Assembly: GCA_002269645.1 (NCBI GenBank)
Contig: NIVC01001374.1
Location: 124,001-188,000 of the forward strand
Length of the DNA: 64,000 nt
Reading direction: 5' to 3'
Origin: Macrostomum lignano
Lineage: Eukaryota
The position numbers were made by a program, and so were the translations under genes. Each line of letters begins with the position of its first letter. Within the stretch, counting starts at the first letter, position 1. The notes under the pieces are model-generated. The model made no database searches. It worked only from the letters and a program-made list of their open reading frames with translations, and was not told where the DNA came from. Positions 47,939 through 60,637 of this stretch are shown here, in pieces.

Positions 47939-50900
47939 TCAAGAATCAGCAGTTGCAGACGAAGACGTCAAAGGCAACCTCTGTTTAAACTTTATCAACC
48001 GTTTGTGCACTTCGTCGGAGCCCAGATGGTGGCAAATCTCGCGCACTGATGGCCCCTCAGATTGGCCTGTCAGTAGCAGCCTGGCCGCTTTGAAATGCAA
48101 CGGCGAAGGCTTCTTAACTGAGCCAGTCGGCAAGGATGATGACGTCATGCTTGACAGTAGATCCATAGCGGACAATGCTAGACTGTCAGCGGTGCAGTGT
48201 GCTGCAGCAGACTCTGATAAGAGTTGAGCCAGGCCTTGCCACACTGCACTATCATCGGGAGCTCGAAATAGGTAACTATGCGAGTCCACATCGAATAGAG
48301 TTGCTAGGCGACCGCGTAGGGTTGCTAGGCATCTGTGCAGTTCGGCGTCGCTTGGAGAACTGTTTAATTTATGGGGAATTAATTAGGGTGAATTAGAGTA
48401 GTTATTAAAAAATGCCACATGTGAGATTCTAGCGCCAATAAATACCCGAAAGTGAGTTTAAAGCTCCAATTTATCACCACAGGTGAGATTCTGGCGCCAA
48501 TTTAGCACCGCAAGTGAGATTTTAACGCCAATTCAGCGCCCCAGGTGAGATTCTAGCGCCAATTTAGCGCCCCAGGTGAGATTCTAGCGCCAATTTAGCG
48601 CCCCAGGTGAGATTCTAGCGCCAATTGAGCGCCCCAGGTGAGATTCTAGCGCCAATTGAGCGCCCCAGGTGAGATTCTAGCGCCAATTTAGCGCCCCAGG
48701 TGAGATTCTAGCGCCAATTGAGCGCCCCAGGTGAGATTCTAGCGCCAATTTAGCGCCGCCCCAGGTGAGATTCTAGCGCCAATTTAGTGCCGCGAGATTC
48801 TAGCGCTAATTTAGCGCCGCAGGTGAGATTCTAGCGCCAATTCAGCGCCCCAGATGAGATTCTAGCGCCAATTGAGCGCCGCAGGTAAGATTATAGCGCC
48901 AATTTAGCGCCTTAGGTGGTATTTCAGCGCCAATTTAGCACTGCAAGTGAGAGTTTAGCGCCAAATTTAGCAGAAACACATGACTAACCCTTCGATCCCA
49001 TCAGCCAGAGCCAGCCGATCTCTAACAGCTTGGATAGCAGCTGTGGATGCTAATTCCGGAGTTAGCGAACGCAGCCCGGCAGATCGCAGAGCGGCAGGAT
49101 CCAGCCGGGCATCCCGACTAGCCAGACACTGCTCCGTGAGCTCGATTGCGCTGCAGAACTCTGACAGCGTTTTGGCTGGCGACTGCTGTGCCTGAATAGC
49201 GGCGGATTAGTGCTAGATATACATGCAGATAGGCTACCCTTCGATAATCCGCCTCCTTATTAGACCCTTCAATAATCCGCCTGACCCTTCGATAATCCGC
49301 CTGACCCTTCGATAATCCGCCTCCTTATTAGACCCTTCGATAATCCGCCTCCTTATTAGACCCTTCGATAATCCGCCTCCTTTTTAGACCCTTCGATAAT
49401 CCGCCTCCTTTTTAGACCCTTCGATAATCCGCCTCCTTATTAGACCCTTCGATAATCAGCAGCCCATTCTGGCACTTCGATAATCCGTCCACTCTGAACC
49501 TTTGATAATCCACCCACTCTGACCCTTCGATAATCCGCCCCCATTCTGGCCCTTCGATAATCCGCTCACTCTGACCCTTCGATAATCCGCCCCCATTCTG
49601 ACCCTTCGATAATCCGCCTGACCTTTCGATAATCCGCCTGACCCTTCGATAATCCGCCTCCTTATTAGGCCCTTCGATAATCCGCCTGACCCTTCGATAA
49701 TCCGCCTCCTTATTAGACCCTTCGATAATCCGCCTCCTTATTAGACCCTTCGATAATCCGCCTCCTTATTAGACCCTTCGATAATCAGCAGCCCATTCTG
49801 GCACTTCGATAATCCGTCCACTCTGAACCTTTGATAATCCACCCACTCTGACCCTTCGATAATCCGCCCCCATTCTGGCCCTTCGATAATCCGCTCACTC
49901 TGACCCTTCGATAATCCGCCCCCATTCTGACCCTTCGATAATCCCACTCTCTCTGACCCTTCGATAATCCGCTCACTCTGACCCTTCGATAATCCACTCT
50001 CTCTGACCCTTCGAAAATCAACCTCTTTGACCCTTCGATAATCCACTCACTCTGAGCCTTCGTTAATCCACTCACTCTGACCCTTCGATAATCCACTCAC
50101 TCTGACCCTTCGATAATCCACTCTCTCTGACCCTTCGAAAATCAACCTCTTTGACCCTTCGATAATCCACTCACTCTGAGCCTTCGTTAATCCACTCACT
50201 CTGACCCTTCGATAATCCACTCACTCTGACCCTTCGATAATCCACTCTCTCTGACCCTTCGAAAATCAACCTCTTTGACCCTTCGATAATCCACTCACTC
50301 CGAGCCTTCGATAATCCACTCACTCTGAGCCTTCGCTAATCCACTCACTCTGAGCCTTCGTTAATCCACTCACTCTGACCCTTCGATAATCCACTCACTC
50401 TGACCCTTCGATAATCCACTCACTCTGACCCTTCGATAATCCGCTCTCTCTGACCCATCGATAATCTGCCCCCATCTGAGCCTTCGTTAATCCATCCACT
50501 CTGAACCTTCGATAATTCGCTCTCTCTGACACTTCGATAATCCACCTCTTTGACCCTTTGATAATCCATTTACTCAGACACTTCAATAATCCACTCGCTC
50601 AGACACTACGATTATCCGCCCCTTTGACCTTTTGAAAATCCGCCCATTTGATTTTACCCTTCGATAAGCCGCTCATTTGCCTTTTGATAATCCGCATTTT
50701 TGACACTTCGATAATGAGCCCCCATTTGACCCCTCGATAATCCGCCCCCTTTAATCCTTCGATAATCCACCCACTCAGTTACCAGTTCCTGCTCAGCAGA
50801 CGACTCTCCAATCCGCCGTCCAGTCCAAGTGGCCGACACCAGCCAATCAATAACAGCCTCGGGCAGGTAGCCGAGAGCGCGCAGCTCGCGAATCTCCGTA

Positions 50901-53900
50901 GCAACCGCCGGTCCGTCTTTGCCGCTACTGCCGCCGCCGCCGCCCTTCCGTTTAGACAGCTTGGCACCGTCTCGCCAGTCTAACAACAGCGGTAGATGAG
51001 CGAACAGCAACGACGGCGGCGGCGGCGGCGCGTCAGTGTTCGACGGCAGCACAGAGTCGAGCGCGGCTCGCAGTAGCACATGCTTCGGCGCCGATGGCAG
51101 CCATTCCCGGCCGCGGATGACGTGAGTAACGCCAGAGCATCGGTCGTCGAATACGCTGGCAAGATGGTACACTGGCCAGCCGTCAGATTTCAATAGCACA
51201 GGATCGGCTTCCATGCCGGTTAGGGGGAAGCTTAGATCGCCTAGCAGGAGGTCGCGGACTCGAATCGTTGATGGCGATGTTGATGATGAGGATGACAATG
51301 ATGACGGAAGTAGACGAGCAGCTGCGGCGCGCATGTTAAAGCGAATCACTGGTGAGCGCTCACCTGATGAGGCAAAAAGTGTTCAGTCGGACACGGGCTG
51401 CCAGTCTAGCGCACAGATAGTAGAATAACCAGATTGGCCAGTCAGCACATTTGCGTGTAAGCTACTGTCAGTTCAGTAGTAAGTTAAACTGAAGCAGTTT
51501 GATGTATTTTTAGAGCCAAGGCTCATTTATAGGTTCTTAACCCCCAGCTTAAACCCTTCAACCACGCCTTTCCACACTAGCCCCCCCTCCGCCCCGCCCC
51601 AAAGCACCTGCAAGCTTTGCTTGGGCTTCAAAACTTATTTAAGTCATTTCAGCTGCCTTTATTTTTATAAAATAGCTTCTGTATCTTCTTTGCTACCGAA
51701 CTGACAGTAGAAAGCTGTTTTACTAAGCATATATGCCTGAGTGGCCCAGCTAATTATTCTATACATATTAGGTAATTGCAGGAGGGGCATTGAGGCAATT
51801 CTACCCAATCCGCTGACTCCCTGGGCACATACAAGCTACCGGTAACGGTAAGCCACTGTACGCGGGCACGCACTCATACACAGGCTTACATAGGGTGTAC
51901 AGCGGGTCTTTGATTTCTAATTTCTCGAGCACACAAGCCCGAAATGAAAGTGGCCGCGCAGGGAATCAAATCAGCTGTTCTGCTTTTTCGAAGATCTTCA
52001 AAGACTGTTGCCAATGCTTAATAAATTCTTCTGTTTTTGTGCTTTCGCAATTGATGCGACAGAGAGGCGACTGTTGCGTCACAAGTGCGTCACGTGAGTT
52101 GTAGAATCAGAGTCGCGAAAGAGTCGTCCCAAGAATCGTTGGCGCTCTTGAGTCACTGAGTTGTGTCTGAATGTGATAGAGACGCTATTGAGTCACTGAG
52201 TTGTGTCTGAATGTGATAGAGTCGCTATTGAGTCACTGAGTTGTGTCTGAATGTGATGGAGTCGCTATTGAGTCAATGAGTTGTGTCTGAATGTGATAGA
52301 GTCGCTATTGAGTCACTGAGTTGTGTCTGAAGGTGATAGAGTCGCTATTGAGTCACTGAGTTGTGTCTGAATGTGATAGAGTTGCTATTGAGTCACTGAG
52401 TTGTGTCTGAAGGTGATGGAGTCGCTATTGAGTCACTGAGTTGTGTCTGAATGTGATGGAGTCGCTATTGAGTCACTGAGTTGTGTCTGAATGTGATAGA
52501 GTCGCTATTGAGTCAATGAGTTGTGTCTGAATGTGATAGAGTCGCTATTGAGTCAATGAGTTGTGTCTGAATGTGATAGAGTCGCTATTGAGTCAATGAG
52601 TTGTGTCTGAATGTGATAGAGTCGCTATTGAGTCACTGAGTTGTGTCTGAATGTGATAGAGTCGCTATTGAGTCAATGAGTTGTGTCTGAATGTGATAGA
52701 GTCGCTATTGAGTCAATGAGTTGTGTCTGAAGGTGATAGAGACGCTATTGAGTCACTGAGTTGTGTCTGAATGTGATAGAGTCGCTATTGAGTCAATGAG
52801 TTGTGTCTGAATGTGATAGAGTCGCTATTGAGTCAATGAGTTGTGTCTGAATGTGATAGAGTCGCAATTGAGTCACTGAGTTGTGTCTGAATGTGATAGA
52901 GTCGCTATTGAGTCAATGAGTTGTGTCTGAATGTGATAGAGTCGCTATTGAGTCAATGAGTTGTGTCTGAAGGTGATAGAGACGCTATTGAGTCACTGAG
53001 TTGTGTCTGAATGTGATAGAGTCGCTATTGAGTCAATGAGTTGTGTCTGAATGTGATAGAGTCGCTATTGAGTCAATGAGTTGTGTCTGAATGTGATAGA
53101 GTCGCTATTGAGTCAATGAGTTGTGTCTGAAGGTGATAGAGTCGCTATTGAGTCACTGAGTTGTGTCTGAATGTGATTGAGTCGCTATTGAGTCACTGAG
53201 TTGTGTCTGAAGCGCATTTGAGTCGCTTGATAAATTAGAGTCACAGCGGCGTTTCGGCGGCATTCTCCAGTCGCTAAAGCGCTTAAGCCACTGTAGCGCT
53301 TTGTATACGTTACAGAGTCAGAGTTACAGTTACACAATAAACATTCAGTGTAGTTTATTAAATTCTAATTGCACTCTAACTAGCCTACTGAGTTAGTAGT
53401 AGAAAGTTAAGCGTCAAAACAATGATTCTTGGCCAACTCTTGCAACTTTTACGATTCTACAACTCAAGTGACGGGCTTGTCACGCAGCAGTCGCCTCTAC
53501 CGTCGTATCAAGACACATTTGAATCGTAATTAAGTCACAGGAGTCTCCCCAGAGTCACTAGAAAGTCGTTTGCAATGACTTTTCAGCAATTCTTGTCACT
53601 GTAACATTTTCAAAGAGGTGTTACAGATGATTAAATTGTCAACTGACCAGCCGCCATCAGCTGCTGTCGCTCGTCAGCCGTCAACATTTGGCATTTGCCA
53701 TCGTAGCCGGGCGTCTGCCCGGCGGCCCGTTGATGCCGACGCAAGAGCTCCAGCCGGTGCTCGGAGCAGAAGCACGGATAGGCCAGGCCGCTATCCACTA
53801 GCCTAGCAGCGGCGTCTCTGTATTTGTCCAGCCTGTTAGACTGAACCGGCACTGAGTCTGCATTGTCCGGCCTCAGTCCTAGCCAATCCAATGACTCTAA

Positions 53901-54155
53901 TATATCGCTAGCAGCTTCCGGTTTGCAACGCTTAGCATCCGTATCCTCTAGGCGTAATAGAAACCGGCCGTTGCTATGCCGTTTGGCGAAGGCAAAATTT
54001 ACTAGAGCTGTACGAGCTCCGCCAACGTGCATGCGACCGGTGGGCGAAGGTGCAAAACGAACCACTACAGGCTGAGGCTCGCGGCAGCCGCCGCCTCCGC
54101 TGCTTGAGCAGAGCCGCAGGCGGCTGATGTGGCCAATAATTCCAGTAGATTTTCG
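47939..54155 (-). CDS. EARS2: Mitochondrial glutamyl-tRNA synthetase; exons 54155-53648, 51363-50783, 49191-48989, 48359-47939, start exon unresolved
   Basis: VRFAPSPTGRMHVGG (HIGH); LRLEDTD; YPCFCS; LLKSDGWPVYHLA; THVIRGREW; KLSKR (KMSKS); anticodon-binding LLLTGQSEGPSVRE...LG. All phases are consistent. Confidence 0.93.
48420..48965. repeat. 31-bp minisatellite (CCCCAGGTGAGATTCTAGCGCCAATTTAGCG), last EARS2 intron
   Basis: Tandem array. Confidence 0.93.
49236..50775. repeat. Variable 20-27 bp minisatellite (GACCCTTCGATAATCCGC), middle EARS2 intron
   Basis: The array fills almost the whole intron. Confidence 0.95.
51421..51761. mobile_element. MITE family A, copy 2 (EARS2 intron)
   Basis: TAGAATAAC...TTATTCTA ends; collinear with 37898-38316. 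Confidence 0.7.
52150..53212. repeat. 40-bp minisatellite (GAGTCACTGAGTTGTGTCTGAATGTGATAGAGTCGCTATT), EARS2 intron
   Basis: About 26 units. Confidence 0.96.
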
Positions 54156-54289
54156 CTGCAGAGATATTTAGGAAAACTATAATTTAATGCATGGTTGCTA
54201 GTGCTTTAACTAATGACTTATGAAATGGCTTATTAGGACTAGAGCTGAATAGTACTGCAGAGAGGGAGAGAGTGATACCCCAGAGGACT

Positions 54290-54635
54290 GAATGAGTCAT
54301 AGAGTGGTGTAAGACCATTGAATGAGTCATAGAGGGAGGACTGACAGACTACTGAATGAGTCATAGAGAGAGGAATGACAGACTACTGAATGAGTCATAG
54401 AGGGAGGAATGACAGACTACTGAATAAGTCATAGAGGGAGGAATGACAGACTACTGAATGAGTCATAGAGAGAGGAATGACAGACTACTGAATGAGTCAT
54501 AGAGGGAGGAATGACAGACTACTGAATGAGTCATAGAGAGAGGAACGACAGACTACTGAATGAGTCATAGAGAGGAATGACAGACTACTGAATGAGTCAT
54601 AGAGAGAGGAACGACGGACTACTGAATGAGTAATA
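54290..54635. repeat. 34-bp minisatellite (ACTGAATGAGTCATAGAGAGAGGAATGACAGACT)
   Basis: About 9 units between UBE2S and the first resolved EARS2 exon. Confidence 0.93.
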
Positions 54636-55340
54636 GAATGGTTTTAAACTACTAAAATACGAGTATCTATGCACAGACTGGTCATAAATTGTATTAAACT
54701 ACAGTAATATAAATTAAACCAGTCAGTAAGTAGTTTGTTAAAATACGTGTTACAGTTTATTACATTTTAAACAAATATTGGTTGAGTCATTAATTGCGAA
54801 TGTTGTGGAAAACAAGTATTAGCTGTTGTCATAAAAAATACCGGTCAATTATTGGCATTTGCTCGTGCAGCAAGGGATGTAAAAAATGAGAAAAATCAAT
54901 TTCATACTAGCATTACTTTCAATTGGTCAAGTACAAAATGAGTTGTTGGAATAAAATAAGACGCCACTCAGTTGAGTTAACAAAAAGCATTATTAATTTT
55001 TGTGCACTGTGTGCTACAATTGGCATAGCCGCAACTTAATTGTTATTAAATAGATAGGTAAACGCAATAATAAAATGAAATAAATTAGAATACATACCGA
55101 AGACTTTTAGTTAGCAGAATGTAAAAAAATTAATAAAAGCATCGGCCGTGTACAAGTATAGGCTATTGACGTTTATTACTGTATTAAAACAATGATACAA
55201 AATGTACACACACTTGATGAAAGTAAATCACACTACTAATAGTAACAGGTCATTTTAAGCAACGAGGACCATTTAGATATTTAAAGTTAATAAAAGCGGT
55301 TCATTTATTCTCAGCTGAACGCTTAAGCGACCGCACCGCA

Positions 55341-56724
55341 TCACAAACGTTTCAGCGCCTTTTTAGTCTTGCTTTTAGCTGCATTGGCTCCGGCTGCGGT
55401 TCCAGTTGATGAGGCTGACGCTGCAGAGGGCTTCTTTGAGCTGTCGCTGCCAGATCCGTTCTCGTTGGAATCCTTCAGGCTGGACGGCGGTTTGGGATTT
55501 GAGATGGATTTTTAAGCTGGTGACTTAAATTTTGGATTTGGGATTAAGGTTTGGGATTTGAGATGGATTCTTAAGCTGCTGACTTAGATTTGAGATTTTG
55601 GGATTAAGGTTTGGGATTTGAGATGGATTTTTAAGCTGGTGACTTAGATTTTGGATTTTGGGATTAATGTTTTGGATTTGAGATGGATTTTTAAGCTGGT
55701 GACTTAGATTTGGGATTTTGGAGTTTGGGGTTAGGTTTAGGATTTGAGGATTATGCTAGGGATTTGGGGTTAGGTTTGGGATTTGCGGATTAGATTTGGG
55801 AGTTCAGGATTATGCTATGGATTTGAAGATCAGGTCTGGGATTTGGAGATTAGGCTTGGGATTTAGGGATTAGGTTTGGGATTTGTGGATTAGATTTGGG
55901 ATTTGGGATTAAGGTTTGGGATTTGAGATGGCTTTTTTAAGCTGGTGACTTATATTTGGGATTTTGGGATTTGGGGTTAGGTTTGGGATTTGAGGATTAC
56001 GCTAGGGATTTGGAGATTAGGTTTGAAATTTGAGAATTCGTTTTGGGATTTGATGATTATGCTAGGGATTTGGGGTTAAGTTTGGGATTTGGGAGTATGT
56101 TTGGGATTTGAGGATTAGATTTGGGATTTGAGGATTATGCTATGGATTTGGAGATTAGGTTTGGGATTTGGGAAATATGCTTAGACTTAAAATCATAACT
56201 GAATAGACTATGATGATTACTTAAACTCACATAGCAGCAGAGTCGCCGCCTTCTGTACACTTTAACGCGTGAATCTCCGTGTAGAGTCGAGCCCGAGCAA
56301 AGTACTCAGAGTACTCTTCTAGCAAAAGTCGGCCAGCATCTTCATTTAAGGCTGACTCGGGATTAGGCACAATGAGCAGGCATTTAATCACTAGGAGAAG
56401 CTTCTTAAGCCCGGTGTCCGGTGTCCAATCCCGTTTGAGCGTGTTAACACAGATCTCCCCAGTCTGAGGTGCAATATTCGGATGAAATATCTTAGTGATA
56501 AAGTAGCCCTTCGGCGGCTCATTAGGATAGTTGGAACCCAGATGCAGCTTGATGTGAAAACTGCCGCCAGCGTAGGGTGTGTCAACAGGACCATCAATAT
56601 AGGCCTGGATGTCTGCGAGGTTGGATTCATTGAACACAATTCTAATGCCTTCTGGTGGATGAAGCAGCAGTTCCTTCACTTCCTTTGACAGCTGCCTCAC
56701 CACCGATGGCTGACAGTTTTCCAT
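55341..56724 (-). CDS. UBE2S: Ubiquitin-conjugating enzyme E2 S, 210 aa; exons 56724-56231 and 55479-55341
   Basis: UBC core [21 protein letters not shown]; [23 protein letters not shown]. The splice gives the UBE2S-specific basic C-terminus [11 protein letters not shown]. Confidence 0.95.
55490..56175. repeat. G/T-rich degenerate tandem repeat (GGGATTT-based) in the UBE2S intron
   Basis: About 60-bp higher-order units, then GGGATTT/GGATTAG variants. Confidence 0.88.
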
Positions 56725-56944
56725 TCCTTACTAATAAATAAGGTCAAAGGCTGCAATGTAATGTTATTGCAATACTTTAATAGCATAATTAGTTATAATT
56801 AATCAGAACTTATTTAACCTCTGGATTATCCAGCAACACTTCATGTATTTTTCATTAACTGACTATATTTTAAAAAGCTATTAAAATATTTTCATTTACT
56901 AAAGAATCTAAAATAGCTAAGCCTTTTTTTTATTAGTGGCAGGG

Positions 56945-57288
56945 AGGTTGTGTGCACCCTGGCACACTTTAAGCGACATTGGCACACAACCGGCGAGAGG
57001 CATTACTGCCCATTCCGCCAACTCCCCTGAGCAGGCATACAAGCGCGCGGATACGTACGCAGGCACAAACTCACACAGGAGTGTACAGCAGCCCTGACTT
57101 TATATTATCATTACGTATGTACACTTCACTGCGCCTTGAGGGGTTGGCTCTCAAGGCCATTAATTGCATAAGCAGAGCCAAGCCAAGATTCCATTTTAGC
57201 CCCAAATTAATGTGACTGCACTTGGAATCGAGCCTGGGTCTCTGGCACACTAGAGCAGCTGCGCTACCGCTGGGCTATGGCCCCCCCA
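56945..57288 (-). mobile_element. tRNA-derived SINE family 2, copy 2
   Basis: Collinear with 47330-47678. Confidence 0.8.
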
Positions 57289-57656
57289 TTAGCTAAGCCT
57301 AACAATTGAATATTTATAATAATCAACTCAACTAAGCCAAGGGCCACATGACATGAGTTAGTGCCTCATGGCCAAGCCAACTTATTTTTATTGGGTTTAT
57401 TAAATTGATATTAACATAGAAATGACGAAGTAAACATAAAATTATTAGCACTATAAAGTTTATATTACTAATGTCTATAGATCTGACAATGCCAAACATA
57501 ATAAAACTATTTGACAATGAAAGGTGCATACTGTATAGGCCAAATCTTTTATATTAAAAAAGCTAATACCAAATAAAATTGCTTCTGATATTTCCTACCA
57601 CATATTATAAATACAATTCTTGTCTATTTTCAATATCAGAGTTTTGAAATACGAGC

Positions 57657-59365
57657 ATGAGGGGTGATTCAAAAGTAACAAGAATTTTGTGTTATAACTT
57701 TTGGACAGATGAACTTATCAACTTGAAGTTTTCACACAACAATTTTTCAAATATTCATGAAATACATAGCTTCAGTTTTAGCTCTATAAGCCAATTCAAA
57801 ACAAGTAGTATCCTGCGTAAAAGTCTGAGCTTTGAGATAAAAAAATATGTATCTTGTCTATGGTCTGGAGACTAGAAAAAAATTCTTGAATTTTAATGCT
57901 GGCTCTTAGTGCTGGCTCCTTCTTCCATTATTTATGGACAAAGCTGATTTGATTTTTTTGTTTTAAACTGCATAGTGTCATGCCAATTTACAAATGTTTA
58001 GCTCAGTGACTGGACTAATCAAAGTGCCTTAAAGTTACAAGTGAGAGCATCCAAAAAATCACACAGAGATTAGATCAAAGGATAGGCCAATGACATTTTA
58101 TTGCCAGTCTGGTCTAACTTGGAAAGAAGCTATACAAAACCACTTGGGACCTAAACCAACCCTTTGGAGATCACTGCATGGGTTTATGCTCACTGCAAGG
58201 CATTCTACAAGGGTGCAATAGGATGTGGTGATGCACCAAAGTTTGGTCCTCACTGCATGGTCAACAGGCAATAAAAGCAAGGAAATTGCCTATGATTATC
58301 TTTGTACCAATTCATTTATCACAATGCATAAAATTAAGGTTTGTGACCTTTCCATCACTTCTATGAGCCACATCTTCAAGGTCAAGGAGATCAATTGGTC
58401 TATGCTAAGTGGGTGCTGCATGAGTTGACCTTGGAGCAAAAAAGGTAGCAAATTCAATGTGCTATGGAAAACTTGTAGGTGTGGCAACAAGTTAGTGATG
58501 AAGAGCTTAAACAACTTTTTATCATCATGGATAAGATGCAGCTGCCAATGTTCAACCCACTCACTAAGCAACAGTCAATGCAGTGGGGGCCTAGGGGCTG
58601 TCAGCCATACACAAAGCCAATGAAGTTGGCTTGGACGTGCAACATCATGTGCACTATGTGGTTTGATGCCTGTGGTATTCTGATAGTCAACTATCTGCCA
58701 GAAAAGACTATCAATTCCACTTACTTGCAAGATCAGCTTGTTTGCACAAGGTCTTCAAATTTTAACAAGGAGTTTAACAAGGAAGCGCCACATTATACAT
58801 GCTAGGACTTTCATCCTATGGGACAATGTTCACCCTCATATTGCTGCATCCACCATAAAGAAAGTGGAAGAGCTTGGCTTTTAGCTGCTCAATTATCCCC
58901 CTTATTTACCAGACCTCCCCATTGCTAACTTTCACTTGTGAATGAAGAAGCCTATGCAAGGTTGTGCCTTCACCAGTCATGAGAAACTTGTAGTGGAGGC
59001 CAACAAATATTTTTATTTCTTGCCTATGAGCTTCTGGGAAGAGAATGTTGACAAGCAGCTATATTGTATAAGAAATACATTTAACTCAATGATAGCTTTG
59101 TGGAACATTTTGAAATTGTTAAAAAAATAGATGGAGGCACTAGTTTTTTACACAGTAAACATGTTCAACTTATTCACTTTTCTATAAACAAAAAATTTTA
59201 GTTGTTTATCTTGAGGTTTAGACTTTCACACAGGATGCTACTGTTGAGTATTGGCTTATAGAGCCAGAACTAAAGCAGTATGTTACATGAATATTAGAAA
59301 AATTATTGCATGAATTTTCAAGTTGATAAGTTATAACAAAATTCTTGTTAATTTTGAAACACTTC
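57657..59365 (+). mobile_element. Old degenerate mariner element with long imperfect TIRs
   Basis: GAGGGGTGATTCAAAAGTAACAAGAATTTTGT...AACTTGAA is mirrored at 59215-59365. Relic motifs are WVLHELTLEQK and LLNYPPYLPDL, with many stops. Confidence 0.78.
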
Positions 59366-60637
59366 TTATATATTAAAATCAAAGCCATATACATAGAGTA
59401 CTACACTACACCCCTATTGGAATAAATGTTGAAAACCCATGGACATGTGCTTTAGAATAGTCAAATTATTGTACTATGCTTTAGCATTATTAGAGATGTT
59501 CTAAAGGAGCATTTTCTATTGAAATTGAAATTTGATAACTTTCCAAAATCAAAATTGATATTTTCTACCTTTCTGAAATCAAAATTTAGAAAAACAAACT
59601 TTAGTACAATTGAAACTTACTTTTTTACTTTTGATTTATTGCTTATGCAAAACAAATTGCATGTACGAGGGTCATCCCAAAAGTTTCAGCAATCGAATGA
59701 TTTTGTGCCATAGACAACTTTTAGGACTACAGCATTTATACCACACAAAAGATGAGCATATTTTGGGTGTCTGAGTAAGTTTTTAGCATTCTAGCTTCAA
59801 AATTCTGTTTTCTAGAGAACATTTTGTGAGATCCTAAATCAAACATCGGCCGACAACGATAAAATGGAATTTCAATTGAACTTGGAGCAGCGCTCATACA
59901 TTAAAACGGAATGTCTTCGTGGTGTCCCTGCAGCTCAAATTCACCGTCAGTTGCTGCAGGCCCATGGGCCAAATGCGATGAGTCAGCGAGCTGTGTACAA
60001 CTGGTACAGTTGATTCAAGAATGGCCACTCTGATGTTGAGGATGACCCACGATCTGGAAGGCCAAAAGAAGCTTGCACAGAGTCGAACATCGAGTTGATC
60101 CAAGGGCTGCTGAACATTGATTGCCATTGGACATGCAAAGAAATGGCTGAGCTGTCCGGAATCCCCTCGTCAAGTGTGCATTGGATCCTCATCTAGGATC
60201 TTGGACTGTAGAAGGTCACAGCCAGGTGGGTGCCGCACCATCTCACGGATGACAACAAGGCACGCCGGGTGACAACTGCTCAGCAGCTTCTGCATTGGTT
60301 CAGGAGAGAGGGTTTGGCTTTCCTAGACCGTATTGTCATGCTTGACGAGACATGGATCTGTTCATACGAGCCCAATCTCAAGAGCCAGAATTCCGAGTGG
60401 CAGTCGAAAGGTTCTGCCCAGCCATCAAGACCATCAGTTCTGCAGCGCGCCAAGGGAGCCGACAAGATGATGATCATCGCATGCTACAACAGCTTTGGCA
60501 TTATTCTCATCCACTGCGTTCCTGAGGGCCAAAACATCAACCAACAATACTACTGGAGCTTCATTATTCACCATCTTCGGCCTGCCTTGTGCAAAAAGTG
60601 GCCACAGACCCTGGAACTTGGTCCACTCCTTCTGCAC

